Shown here in pieces: positions 12,459-23,468 of a stretch of 64,000 nucleotides of DNA (its first letter is position 1; each line of letters starts with the position of its first letter). Position numbers and translations under genes: made by a program. Source of the DNA: Eledone cirrhosa (lineage: Eukaryota); the NCBI GenBank assembly GCA_964016885.1, contig OZ024743.1, positions 56,978,001 through 57,042,000 of the forward strand, written 5' to 3'. Below the pieces are notes generated by a model. It was not told where the DNA came from. It saw only the letters and a list, made by a program, of their open reading frames with translations, and searched no databases.

Positions 12459-15400
12459 GGCGACCTACGTAGTAAATCGTATCATCGTGAGCTCCGCAAA
12501 GGTTTGTTATTTCCGTTTGTTAAAAATTGCCATTTATGGAAAATTTTATTGTTAACTGTTTATAAGCGCACATACATTGTTTTCCGAAAAGGACACCCAA
12601 AAAGATTGGGGCCTTGTGCCCAAAATTTAAACTTTTATGATTATCAAAAATTTCTTTGAAAAAAAATGGCTAAATCACCTCTGCACCAAGCAGCTGAGAG
12701 CCTTCCTCACAAACTAACACCTCACACCGACACCACCATTGTAAATATTACTATGTTTGCCAACACAAAAAATTTAAGCAGTAGCAATATTTTAAATTTG
12801 TCTCAGGCAGACATTCATTTCCCGCCATTACCAATGACTGCAGGTCTACCCCCACCACCACCGCGACAACCCCCACCCCCACCACCACCGCGACAACAGA
12901 AACAAAAGGAAAAAATAAATCAACTCGTGATGTCGAAATGTTTTCAACCAAAATGGACTCTTCCACACCGAACACCACTGACGTCACCACCACCACAACT
13001 GAAACTAAAATTAATAATAACAAAAATAACGATAACAACAACAGCAACAATGACATTAAAAAAACCACCCTGAGTTTTGCCAGAGTAGCAAAACAGTGCG
13101 AAGCATTTACGGTAACTCAGGAGGAATTAGAAAATGTCAAACAAATGGTAAAGAAAGATGGGTACAGGGTCAGCCTCACCCCCCCCCCCCCACGTTCCAC
13201 CGGCCATCGAAATTCCCTGGCTAATAGCGGCCGTCCTCGCCGGCATCGAAGCCAACACAAAGATAATAGCAATAGCAAAAGAAAAGCAGGAGAACTGGTC
13301 CGGATCTGGGATGGAGCTCCTGATCCAAGCGGACCAAAAAAGCATTGAGGAGATCCCAGAGGTAATAGACCTCACTGACGGCAGCCACCTCACCGTAATT
13401 GTCGAGGGAAGAAGGCCTAGGTGTGTCGTTTGTGGTGAAGGAACCCACCTAAGGGCTTTCTGCCCTCAGGCTAAAAGGTTGAGGCCACCTCGGGGGCAGT
13501 GGCGGGCCGGATCGAGGGATGGACTTTAGTGTCTACCTCGACGGACTGCCGCGGCTTTCGGCCACTGAGGCGGAGTGTTGCGAAAAGCCGATAACAACCG
13601 CTGAAGTACGGGAGGCAATGACTGGCTGCACAAGGGGTAAATCGCCTGGTTTGGATGGTCTGCCCTATGAACTTTACGTACAAATGCCAGACTTGTTCGG
13701 AGGCCTCTTGGCGGACGTCTACTGCAACTGGCAACAGAACGGGAGAATTCCCAGCTCTGTGAGCCGAGGAGCGGTGGCGCTGCTGAGAAAGGATCCGAAC
13801 AAGGGGGATAACATAGATAATTTAAGGCCAATAACGCTGCTAAACACAGAGTTCAAGATTTTGGCCAAGGTGCTAGCAAAGAGGTTGGCGCTTGTCGTTG
13901 GTGGTCTGGTGGGAGAGGCACAGACATGCGCCATTCCCGACAGATCCATCCACGACAACCTCCACCTCATGCGATACATCGTAGAGAGGGTAGCTAGGGA
14001 ACCTGGCACGGGTGGGTCCTTGATCAATTTAGATCAGTCGAAAGCCTTCGATAGGGTCGACCATCGTTACCTAGCGGCAGTCCTGAGGGCGGCTGGCTTT
14101 GGGCCCGTCTTCAGAGGCTGGATCGCTGCCATGCACAGCGACATCTGCTCTGTAGTGAGAGTGAACGGTCACCTTTCGGAACCGTTCAACATCATGCGCT
14201 CGGTCCGCCAAGGATGTCTCCTCTCGTCCCTATTGTACGTATTGACTCTCGAGCCATTACTGCACAAACTGGAGACGTTGAGGGGGATCCCGCGCGAACT
14301 AGGATGCGGAAGATCCGTGTCAGCATATGCCGACAATGTCACCGTAGTGGTGTCGAACGCCAAACACATCGAGGCGATCGACACTACACTAAGAGAATAC
14401 GAAGCGGTGACAGGAGCAATGATCAACCAGGAAAAGTCAGTGGGCCTGCAGCTCGGCACCTGGAGAGGCAGGTCCATGCCGTCCAACAGCGTTGTCGGGC
14501 GCTGGACGGACGGACCGGTTAAATTGCTAGGGGTCTGGTTCGGTCCAGACCTCCAGACGGACAAAAACTGGGACGAGGTGACGAGCAGGGTGGCTTCTCT
14601 CACCCAGAAATGGGCCGAGAGGAAGCTATCCCTGAAAGGTCGAGCGGAGGTGGCTAACGCGTACATCGCGTCCGTCATCTACTACCGCTTGACCGTCGTA
14701 CCTTGTCCTAAGCCCCGCCTGACTGCGCTGGAGCGTTTGCTCTTTCGCTTCTTGTGGAAGGGACGCGCTCCGATGGTCAGGCAGTCCATCTGCTGTCAAC
14801 ACCCGCTACGTGGAGGGCTGGGCATGCCGTGGATGATGATGCGCAGACACGCGCTCAGGCTACGACATCTCCACCTCTTCCTCGACGGTGATCAGGTGTG
14901 GTCGCCGTTTGCTAGACACGTTTTTCCCCAGCTCGTCTCCTTGACGGAGCTGCAGCCCTGGGTCAAGCGAAGACCGAGAGGGAGCGCTTGGAGACTGGAA
15001 TGTCTTCAGGCGCTCACAGCCCTCGACCAATCGGGCAATGTGATCGGTGGAAACTCCACCTTGGCGTTCTATAGGGGATTAGTGGAGGGGAAGAGCGACG
15101 ACGTACTTGGAGAAAATCTAGGCGTCGACGAAAATCAACTAGCCAATCTCTTCGGAAGGACTTTCAGGCCGGGGACTATGGACAACTTCCAGAAATCCCT
15201 GGCCTGGCACTGCTACCGGGGAGCTTTGCCAGTTCGGGATAAACTCTACAGGCATGGACATGCCGTCAGCCGGGCATGTCCGAGATGCGCACAGGGCGAC
15301 AAAACCGTCCTGCACACACTCGTCCAGTGTCCGAGCATTTCTGACTTGTGGGTTTATGTCGAACACCTGCTGTCACGTGTAGGACGGATCCAGCTATCAG

Positions 15401-15937
15401 CTGTGTCCATCGTGAGGATTGCCCCGCCCTCTTCCTTTAGCCCGGAAGGGCAGGCAGTTTTTATCTGTCTGGTGGCCATGGCGAAAGAGATAGTATGGTG
15501 GACACGTTTGAAAGGGATGAAGACGAGCACTTACCTCTTCGGTGATGCCCTGATTAACTTTTTCAAATTTCATTTGAAAAGGAAAATCAGGGTAGAGAGG
15601 GAAGTGCTCTCTTCCCAGCATTTTGTTGAAAGATGGGTGAGAGAAGCAAGTATGGCCCGAATGAATGGGCCTTCTCTGAGTATGTGTCTGTAAATTAAAG
15701 GTGGAAAACTGGGAGAGGGCACTTGCCCTGGTGGTCAGGGTCACTGTGGTCTTTTAATGGGCTTTCTCCACAAATGTCCCTCGGAAGTCTCCCCCCTATT
15801 GGGGAATTTTTCTTTGTTATTTTATTACATCCTCTGTTTTTTTACACGCAGAAATGCCCATTTGTACCGTCCTGTATTGTCCTGCATTGTCCTTAATGTC
15901 TACTTTATGTAAACCCTTGTGGTTAATAAAGAAATCA
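12459..15937 (+). mobile_element. Tx1-clade (L1 group) non-LTR retrotransposon, internally deleted (no APE endonuclease)
   Basis: ORF1 remnants with a gag-like knuckle CVVCGEGTHLRAFC, frameshifted at a poly-C run near 13180. ORF2 has Tx1-type RT motifs. AATAAA at 15925 is followed by (TTC)n. Confidence 0.85.
13519..15693 (+). CDS. Tx1-type ORF2 remnant, 724 aa: RT + C-terminal Cys/His motif, N-terminal APE absent, catalytic YADD mutated to YADN
   Basis: KSPGLDGLPYE, RPITLLNTEFKILAK, LDQSKAFDRVDH, SVRQGCLLS, SAYADN, KLLGVWF, CPRC...HTLVQC. Confidence 0.85.
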   Translation: MDFSVYLDGLPRLSATEAECCEKPITTAEVREAMTGCTRGKSPGLDGLPYELYVQMPDLFGGLLADVYCNWQQNGRIPSSVSRGAVALLRKDPNKGDNIDNLRPITLLNTEFKILAKVLAKRLALVVGGLVGEAQTCAIPDRSIHDNLHLMRYIVERVAREPGTGGSLINLDQSKAFDRVDHRYLAAVLRAAGFGPVFRGWIAAMHSDICSVVRVNGHLSEPFNIMRSVRQGCLLSSLLYVLTLEPLLHKLETLRGIPRELGCGRSVSAYADNVTVVVSNAKHIEAIDTTLREYEAVTGAMINQEKSVGLQLGTWRGRSMPSNSVVGRWTDGPVKLLGVWFGPDLQTDKNWDEVTSRVASLTQKWAERKLSLKGRAEVANAYIASVIYYRLTVVPCPKPRLTALERLLFRFLWKGRAPMVRQSICCQHPLRGGLGMPWMMMRRHALRLRHLHLFLDGDQVWSPFARHVFPQLVSLTELQPWVKRRPRGSAWRLECLQALTALDQSGNVIGGNSTLAFYRGLVEGKSDDVLGENLGVDENQLANLFGRTFRPGTMDNFQKSLAWHCYRGALPVRDKLYRHGHAVSRACPRCAQGDKTVLHTLVQCPSISDLWVYVEHLLSRVGRIQLSAVSIVRIAPPSSFSPEGQAVFICLVAMAKEIVWWTRLKGMKTSTYLFGDALINFFKFHLKRKIRVEREVLSSQHFVERWVREASMARMNGPSLSMCL

Positions 15938-16063
15938 TTCTTCTTCTTCTTCTTCTTCTTCTTCTTCTTCTTCTTCTTCTTCTTCTTCTTCTTCTTCTTC
16001 TTCTTCTTCTTCTTCTTCTTCTTCTTCTTCTTCTTCTTCTTCTTCTTCTTCTTCTTCTTCTTC
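15938..16063. repeat. (TTC)n microsatellite between the Tx1 3' end and the R4 copy B 3' end
   Basis: About 42 perfect TTC units. Confidence 0.95.
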
Positions 16064-17066
16064 CTCTTCGAGTCTCAGTCATTGACGTTAGTTAACTGGA
16101 AAGTTTGTTGAAATGAATATCAAGCCTCAGATATTCAGGACGTATCGGAGGGTTCTTGCTGTTCCCAGCAAGCATGCCTTTTGAAACGTTCCAAAAAGCG
16201 TGAAGGGGCCAATTTTCTTTAACCATCCCTGGAAACTTTTTGAGATACTCCCTAGTGCGCCTATGACAATCGGGACCACTTTGACTTCATGGCAGTTCCA
16301 AATCCTTTTTACCTCCCACTTTAAGTCCTGGTATCGGTTAATTTTCTCCCTCTCCTTCTCTTGCACTCTCGTGTCGAATGGGCAGGTCACATCCACAATC
16401 AGGCACGATCTTTTTTCTTTGTCCACAACCACCAGGTCAGGTCTATTGTGTTCCAGTTTCTTGTCCGTCTGTATCCTAAAATCCCACAGCACCTTCACCT
16501 GATCGTTTTCTATCACCGACTCTGGCTTATGCTCATACCACTTCTCAGAATGTGGTAAATTGTTTACTTTGCATAGGTGCCAGTGGATCACCCTGCCCAT
16601 CACATCATGTCTCCAGCCTTTATAGTTAGTCTGGGTTAGGTGTTTACACTCGGATACAATGTGAGCCACAGTCTCCTCTCTCTCTCCACAGATCCTGCAC
16701 AGTGGGCTATCCTCCTCCTTGTAAATATGGTGTTTCAACCACTTCGTTTCGAGGGCCTGCTCCTGCGCAGCCATTAACATTCCTTCTGTAGCCTTTTTAA
16801 GGTCTCCTCTTTTCAACCAGTTCCATGTCTGTGGATCTCTGAATTCAGTTTTCTCAAAGAAGGTAATATGAAGGGATTTTTCCTGAAGGCTGCTCTTTCT
16901 CCTTGATGTTATTTCCTCATTGGACATCCCCTGGTCTATTGTCCTCTCTTTCAGTACAGTTCTGAGCATTGGCTCCTTACTATCAGTCACGTATTTGTGT
17001 AGGTTGTTTTTCTCCATCTGAACACAGTCCTCTATGCTGATAAGACCTCTTCCACCTCCCACCTCC
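16064..17066 (-). mobile_element. R4/Dong copy B, 5'-truncated (same family as A and D)
   Basis: ORF 16127-17062 is nearly identical to the C-terminal part of copy A (CCHC + RLE) and shares the same 3' UTR. Confidence 0.9.
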
Positions 17067-17100
<34 letters not shown>

Positions 17101-17101
<1 letters not shown>

Positions 17102-20100
17102 TGCATTTATCTTGCTTTATGTTTATACGAGTTATCACCAAGTCACAACCAGTGACCTCAAGAGACAACAAGGTCCGCCATGTTCAAGAAAGAACATACG
17201 TATTCACACATGCATCCTTAGTGTTTAGACTTGTGATGTACTTATATTGACAGGATCTTCCTTAGTATATGGGCAGTTCCCATTAGTACTATCTTTTGTA
17301 TTTCTCCTATACGCGGGTTTCCTGGGATTTGCGATAAGTAGTCGTTAGACCCCTTAGGTATCATTCCCAGAGCGCCTACAACCACTGGTATTGTTTTAGT
17401 TCTCAATTTCCACATTTTTCCAATTTCTATCTCCAGGTCCTTATACTTGCTCAATTTTTCAAATGTTTTTATAGATACATTCTTGTCTATTGGAACAGAC
17501 ATATCAATTAGCAGGCATACCCTCCTTTGAAAGTCCTTCAATATTATATCAGGTCTATTTGCATCTATTTTTCGGTCTGTTTGGATGCTAAAGTTCCACA
17601 AGATTGAGATGTGATCTTTTTCAAGTATGGGAGGTGGTTGATGCTCCCACCAATTCTTTTGATGGGGCAGGTCAAAATGCTTACACATTATCCAATGTAT
17701 GTATTGTGCAGCTCTGTCATGCCTGTTTAGGTATTCGGTTGGAGCTATAGGACTGCACATTGAAATTAGATTGTCAATGGTCTCTGGTTGTTTTTTGCAT
17801 ACACGGCATAATGGGCTGCACCCATTTTTTATTATGTTGGCTTGGTAATTTTTTGTTGGCAGACACTGATCTTGTGCCGATATAATCAGTCCTTCAGTCT
17901 CCGATTTCAGTCCAGAGGATGCCAACCATTGATGGGTTAAAGTTTTGTCAACATCAGGATTGTTAGCTCGCTCTGGGTATTTTCCATACAGAGGCTTTTC
18001 TTGCCATTTCTTAGCCAGTTTCTGTAGCAGTTCTTTCTTTGCAGTTACTTTTACCTGCTTTGCTTTTTCTGTGTTTTCCATTTCAGCAGTAAATCGGACT
18101 TCTGAAACTTGTAGTCCATTACTGTATCTTTGTGCATCTTTTGTAATGGAATATGATCTTTTGGTGCTTTCGTGTTTCAAAACGAGTTTGATCATCCAAT
18201 CATGTGATTCCCTTAGATATGTGGATAATCCAATTGTTGCAGTTTTCAACGCAATGTCTAACTGGATTAACCCACGTCCTCCTTCTTTCCTAGGGAGATA
18301 TATTCTATCTATGTCTGCCTTAGGGTGATGCATTCTGTGCATGGTTAAGAATTTTCGGATTTTTGTATCGAGCCTACGGATCTCTGTGCTTGACCAGTTG
18401 ATGACATTGTAACTGTAGGTTACTACTGGTATGGCAAGCGTGTTTATGGCATCGATCCTATTCCTTGCATTCAATTCCGTTCTTAAGATTGCTCTGACTC
18501 TGCGGTAACATTCCTTCCTTATCCTTTCCCTCATTGTCGAGTGCTTGATTCCGTCTCCTTCACAAACACCTAGATATTTGTAAGTTTTTTCTTGATCAAG
18601 CTCTCTTATCACGTTCCCCCGATCAAGATTAATGTCTGAACTTTTCAGCAGCTTTCCTCTGGTGAACGTTGCTTTGGCGCATTTATCCAGTCCAAACTCC
18701 ATTTTAATGTCATCACTGAACTGCTTCACAGTGGATAATAGCCCGTGCAATTGTTCATCATTTTTTGCAAATAGTTTCAGGTCATCCATGTAGAACAGGT
18801 GATTAATGGTTTTGTCATAGACTCTATATCCATGTTTTGTTTCATTGAGCATTTTACTTAATGGTATAAGTGCGATGCAGAATAAAAGCGGTGATAAAGA
18901 GTCACCCTGAACAATTCCACAATTAATGTTAACTTCTCCAGCTTCCAGTGATTTTGTTTCACTATTCAAAAGGAGTGTCGTTCTCCATGTCCTCATACTG
19001 AATGACAAAAACCTCCTGACAACGGGGGCTATTTTGAAAATCTCTAAACATTTTTCAATCCAACTGTGTGGCAAACTATCGAATGCTTTTTTATAATCTA
19101 TCCAAGCAATCGATAGATTTTTGTGTCTTTTATGACAATCTTCCAGTATCATTTTGTTAACCAGAAGCTGATCCTTACAGCCATATGAGCCTCGTTTACA
19201 CCCTTTCTGCTCAATGGGAAATAGGTCATTTGTTATCAGGTGGTCATATGTGTATTCAGTTAGGACTGATGTTAAAATTTTATACATTGTGGTCAAGCAG
19301 GTTATCGGTCTGTAATTTTTGGGATTGTTTGTCTCATCATTCTTCGGTAGCAGGAATGTAATGCCGTTAACTAGCCATGATGGTATCTTTTCTGGCTCCT
19401 TAACTATTTCATTGTAAAGTTGGGCTAACAGCTCATGAGACTCTGTGAAGGCATTTATCCAAAAGTTTTGTATTTTGTCTTTTCCTGGGGATTTCCATTT
19501 GCTGGTTTTTCTTAGAGCCAAGCGCAGCTGTTCAACTGTTATATTTTCCCATGTTTGTTCTTCAAGGTGAGCTGTTTCTTTCATTTGTCTGTCTATCCAT
19601 GGGGCATGTATGTTATGAACTTTTTCTTCGGCCCAGATCTTTTCCCAGAATTCTTGCACTTCCTCCTTGGGTGGTATTGATTTAGCAGTTATTGTTGACT
19701 TACCAATTTTTCTGTAGAAGTTTCTTTGGTTGTTTTTGAACATATTATTGTCCTTATAGAATCTAGATCGTTTTTCAAAGCGCCTTATACGAGCAGCTTT
19801 GGCCGACACTTTTTGCTTGATTGTTTCTATCAGCATGTCTATGTCACATGTTGATCTTATACTGTACTTTTTTTCCAATTTTCTAAATTTAGTTTGTTTA
19901 ACATGTTCACCTACTTTATAGTTTGTTAACATTTCTATGTCAGATCGGAGAAGGTTTATTTGGCGATTGATGTTATCTTGCCAAGTAGATTTCTTGTGGG
20001 AATTCCTTTGTTTTTTCATCTTCACTCCACATAAGTGAGTGGTGACTTTAGCCGATGCATAATAGAGATGATTTAAGTCAGTAATGTTTAGTTTGTTTGT

Positions 20101-21009
20101 GATGATAATGTTTTTGAGAATTATGTTAGTCTTGTGTATTATCTTTTGGTTCTGTTTGGAGTTCTGGATCTTAGGGAGGGTGTCTCGTTGCCCCATGTCA
20201 GATTCTTTCATTTTCATCCATTCGATCATAATTTCATCCTTCAAGTTGGCAAGTTCATTCTCATTCATTTCTTTATCATTTACGATCTCATTATTTTCAT
20301 TTGGAGTTTCATCCTGAGCATGCACTCCCTCCACTTTTTCGCTCCTTTCTTTAATTTGTTCTGTTGCCAGTGATTCCGCCCCAACCCTGGGATTCGAAGT
20401 GTTACAGTTTACCTCGTTTTCACTGACACATGCTTCATTTTCCCTTCGCTGACTTTGTGCTACTAGCTTGATCTGATCAATTTCTATATCAGTTAGTAAC
20501 TTTTTTCTTACAATATTTCTTCGTATATTGGCTAGTTTGTTACTGTCAATATAGCCTCTGTTTTCGGGATGTTTCTTTTTCCAGTTGATATATGTTTGTT
20601 CTGTATTCGATGTATTTGATGGGTAGTACATGGCAGTGTAGAAAGCCTCAAGGACTTCTTTATTATCTTCCCTTGACCATTTTTCTCTCTTTTTCTTTGG
20701 ATTTCTTGGTGGTGAGCATGGAGGGCCAACAGTAGGAGTATTCCGGTTATGGGAGGTCTCCAGCTCCGAAGTGATGGGAAGGTTTGAACCATTAGCTGAT
20801 TTTTCGACCCCAGTCTGGTTCCGCTCTGAGGGACGCGGCACTTTTTTACCCGGGTGACGGCCGATCCGGTATGAGATTTTATCATTAGACATTTACTTTA
20901 TTTTGTCGCGTTTTATCCTTATCCGCCAAGGGGTAATCATTTCGTGTTACCACTTCTAGAACGCGTGTCAACCAAGACTAGAGGGGTCGTTCTCCCCTAG
21001 AGACATGGC

Positions 21010-21010
<1 letters not shown>
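17101..21010 (-). mobile_element. R4/Dong copy C (second family), apparently full length, flanked on both sides by (TAA)n
   Basis: Single long ORF, ~120-bp 5' UTR, ~140-bp 3' UTR, with (TTA)n at 17067-17101 and 21010-21061. Confidence 0.9.
17242..20892 (-). CDS. 1216-aa RT + zinc knuckle + restriction-like endonuclease polyprotein
   Basis: Uninterrupted ORF: WKSPGKD, NYRPITCL, WIDYKKAFDS, QGDSLSP, FYMDDLK, YKYLG, CRVCKKQPETIDNLISMC, RHD, RPDIIL..LIDMSVP, KLSKYKDL. Confidence 0.92.
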   Translation of the reverse strand: MSNDKISYRIGRHPGKKVPRPSERNQTGVEKSANGSNLPITSELETSHNRNTPTVGPPCSPPRNPKKKREKWSREDNKEVLEAFYTAMYYPSNTSNTEQTYINWKKKHPENRGYIDSNKLANIRRNIVRKKLLTDIEIDQIKLVAQSQRRENEACVSENEVNCNTSNPRVGAESLATEQIKERSEKVEGVHAQDETPNENNEIVNDKEMNENELANLKDEIMIEWMKMKESDMGQRDTLPKIQNSKQNQKIIHKTNIILKNIIITNKLNITDLNHLYYASAKVTTHLCGVKMKKQRNSHKKSTWQDNINRQINLLRSDIEMLTNYKVGEHVKQTKFRKLEKKYSIRSTCDIDMLIETIKQKVSAKAARIRRFEKRSRFYKDNNMFKNNQRNFYRKIGKSTITAKSIPPKEEVQEFWEKIWAEEKVHNIHAPWIDRQMKETAHLEEQTWENITVEQLRLALRKTSKWKSPGKDKIQNFWINAFTESHELLAQLYNEIVKEPEKIPSWLVNGITFLLPKNDETNNPKNYRPITCLTTMYKILTSVLTEYTYDHLITNDLFPIEQKGCKRGSYGCKDQLLVNKMILEDCHKRHKNLSIAWIDYKKAFDSLPHSWIEKCLEIFKIAPVVRRFLSFSMRTWRTTLLLNSETKSLEAGEVNINCGIVQGDSLSPLLFCIALIPLSKMLNETKHGYRVYDKTINHLFYMDDLKLFAKNDEQLHGLLSTVKQFSDDIKMEFGLDKCAKATFTRGKLLKSSDINLDRGNVIRELDQEKTYKYLGVCEGDGIKHSTMRERIRKECYRRVRAILRTELNARNRIDAINTLAIPVVTYSYNVINWSSTEIRRLDTKIRKFLTMHRMHHPKADIDRIYLPRKEGGRGLIQLDIALKTATIGLSTYLRESHDWMIKLVLKHESTKRSYSITKDAQRYSNGLQVSEVRFTAEMENTEKAKQVKVTAKKELLQKLAKKWQEKPLYGKYPERANNPDVDKTLTHQWLASSGLKSETEGLIISAQDQCLPTKNYQANIIKNGCSPLCRVCKKQPETIDNLISMCSPIAPTEYLNRHDRAAQYIHWIMCKHFDLPHQKNWWEHQPPPILEKDHISILWNFSIQTDRKIDANRPDIILKDFQRRVCLLIDMSVPIDKNVSIKTFEKLSKYKDLEIEIGKMWKLRTKTIPVVVGALGMIPKGSNDYLSQIPGNPRIGEIQKIVLMGTAHILRKILSI

Positions 21011-21061
<51 letters not shown>

Positions 21062-21062
<1 letters not shown>

Positions 21063-22285
21063 TTTGAGTCTCAGTCATTGATGTTAGTTAACTGGAAAGT
21101 TTGTTGAAATGAATATCAAGCCACTACCCGCAGCCTCAGATATTCAGGACGTATCGGAGGGTTCTTGCTGTTCCCAGCAAGCATGCCTTTTGAAACGTTC
21201 CAAAAAGCGTGAAGGGGCCAATTTTCTTTAACCATCCCTGGAAACTTTTTGAGATACTCCCTAGTGCGCCTATGACAATCGGGACCACTTTGACTTCATG
21301 GCAGTTCCAAATCCTTTTTACCTCCCACTTTAAGTCCTGGTATCGGTTAATTTTCTCCCTCTCATTCTCTTGCACTCTCGTGTCGAATGGGCAGGCCACA
21401 TCCACAATCAGGCACGATCTTTTTTCTTTGTCCACAACCACCAGGTCAGGTCTATTGTGTTCCAGTTTCTTGTCCGTCTGTATCCTAAAATCCCACAGCA
21501 CCTTCACCTGATCGTTTTCTATCACCGACTCTGGCTTATGCTCATACCACTTCTCAGAATGTGGTAAATTGTTTACTTTGCATAGGTGCCAGTGGATCAC
21601 CCTGCCCATCACATAATGTCTCCAGCCCTTATAGTGAGTCTGGGCCGGGTGTTTACACTCGGATACAATGTGAGCCACAGTCTCCTCTCTCTCTCCACAG
21701 ATCCTGTACAGTGGGCTAGCCTCCTCCTTGTAAATATGGTGTTTCAACCACTTCGTTTTGAGGGCCTGCTCCTGCGCAGCCATTAACATTCCTTCTGTAG
21801 CCTTTTTAAGGTCTCCTCTTTTCAACCATATCCATGTCTATGGATCTCTAAATTCAGTTTTCTCAAAGAAGATACTATGAAGGGATTTTTCCTGAAGGCT
21901 GCTCTTTCTCCTTGATGTTATTTCCTCCTTGGACATCCCCTGGTCTATTGTCCCCTCCTTCAGTACAGTTCTGAGCATTGGCTCCTTACTATCAGTCACG
22001 TATTTGTGTAGGTTGTTTTTCTCCATCTGAACACAGTCCTCTACGCTGATAAGACCTCTTCCACCTTCAGATCTCCTTAAGTAGAGTCTATCGACATCAC
22101 TCCTCTTGTGGAACATGTTGTAGATAGTCAATAGCTTCCTAGTCTTCCTATCCATTTCTTTTTGTTCAGCAACATTCCATCTCAGAATTCCCGCACTGTA
22201 CCTAATATTAGACACAGCTCGGGAATTTACTGCACTTATGGCATTCCTACTGTTCAGATGTGACTTTAATACGCTCTTTACTCTC
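21062..22285 (-). mobile_element. R4/Dong copy D, 5'-truncated, with stop/frameshift near 21830
   Basis: ORFs 21136-21825 and 21838-22215 match copies A and B. Similarity to A ends near 22285. Confidence 0.9.
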
Positions 22286-23335
22286 GACCAATACGTTACT
22301 TATATTTCTTGAAGTGCAATGGGCTAAAAAAATGTTAACTTTTTCTGCATTAGGCGAAAAACCGCATTTTAAAGGCATTTTTAGTCTCTTTTGAGGCGTT
22401 ACTTAAAGATAATCCAACCCATTTCCTCGAAATTTTCAGCACACATTAGTTAGTCCCCTCACATTGTTGTGGACAAAAAGATCTCCGATTCCATTAATGG
22501 TTTCTAGGAAATTTATGAATTAGCATTGGACATTATATGCCTTTTTCATTTTCAATATGAACGCTACTTAAACATCGTAAGTAGCGTATAATATTTCGTT
22601 AAAAAATTTGGTTTATTTAACAGGACACAATACTTACTTACTTTTAAACAGGACCATTTTCGTGGGGTTGAGGAAATGAGGAGGACCTTAAAATATTTGT
22701 CGGCACCCTGTTGACGCTTCGTACTTTCATCACGCACAAATCCGGGCCCTGTGTACGTTGCCATGTTATTGACACCGTAAAACTCACGTCTGTGCTACTT
22801 CTACTAAGACCCCTTTTGTTGCACCTACACTGCAGTATGAACGTCCTGCGCAAGTACGCTGAACAGCGGTTGTGCTAATTCCGCAGTGACCACTTTTGTC
22901 GCACGTTTGTTGCTGTGTAAATGCAGTGCAACCAGTGCCGCCCAGTGTTTGTGCTAATTGCACTATGGCCCCCTTCTGCTGCAGCTGCGTTGCCACGCTG
23001 ATTTCGTCATCTCAATATCCCTACTTAAACGTTCATCCCTACTTGGTTTTCACACAATTGACTACGTCGCTCCTTCAGACTGACGTGTGTTCCCCATCTG
23101 TGACGTAATTCATGAACAGACTTACGACATACACCGCCCCACAACACTTACTTACTCCTTTCGCATACAGGATTTCCGCAATCAACCCACTGACACCGCT
23201 ACTACTGGAGTCTGCCTGCTGGTGTTTTACGTTTCCAGTAGATGAACAATCATTCCCTGAGAATAAGGGAATTCAAAAAGTACACAGCTACATTCCTCAA
23301 TCTTTGCATATGCATGTTGCTATTTCATGTTTCCT

Positions 23336-23366
23336 ACCCCGTGCAACGCCGGGTCCTGCTGCTAGT
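23336..23366 (+). mobile_element. Probable Helitron 3' terminus
   Basis: GC-rich hairpin accccgtgcaacgccgggt a few nt upstream of CTAG followed by T. The 5' end was not located. Confidence 0.5.
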
Positions 23367-23468
23367 ATAACATATAAATAAAACATTTAAAATGTCATAT
23401 TGATAATTAATACTTGGTAGTTGTTTCTAATTAAATCGTGGATTTTCTTCGGGGTCAGCTAGTACCAA

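Noticed and set aside
8731-21786. Antisense ORFs overlapping the R4 and Tx1 ORFs
   Set aside because: Shadow frames of retroelement coding sequence with no independent motifs.
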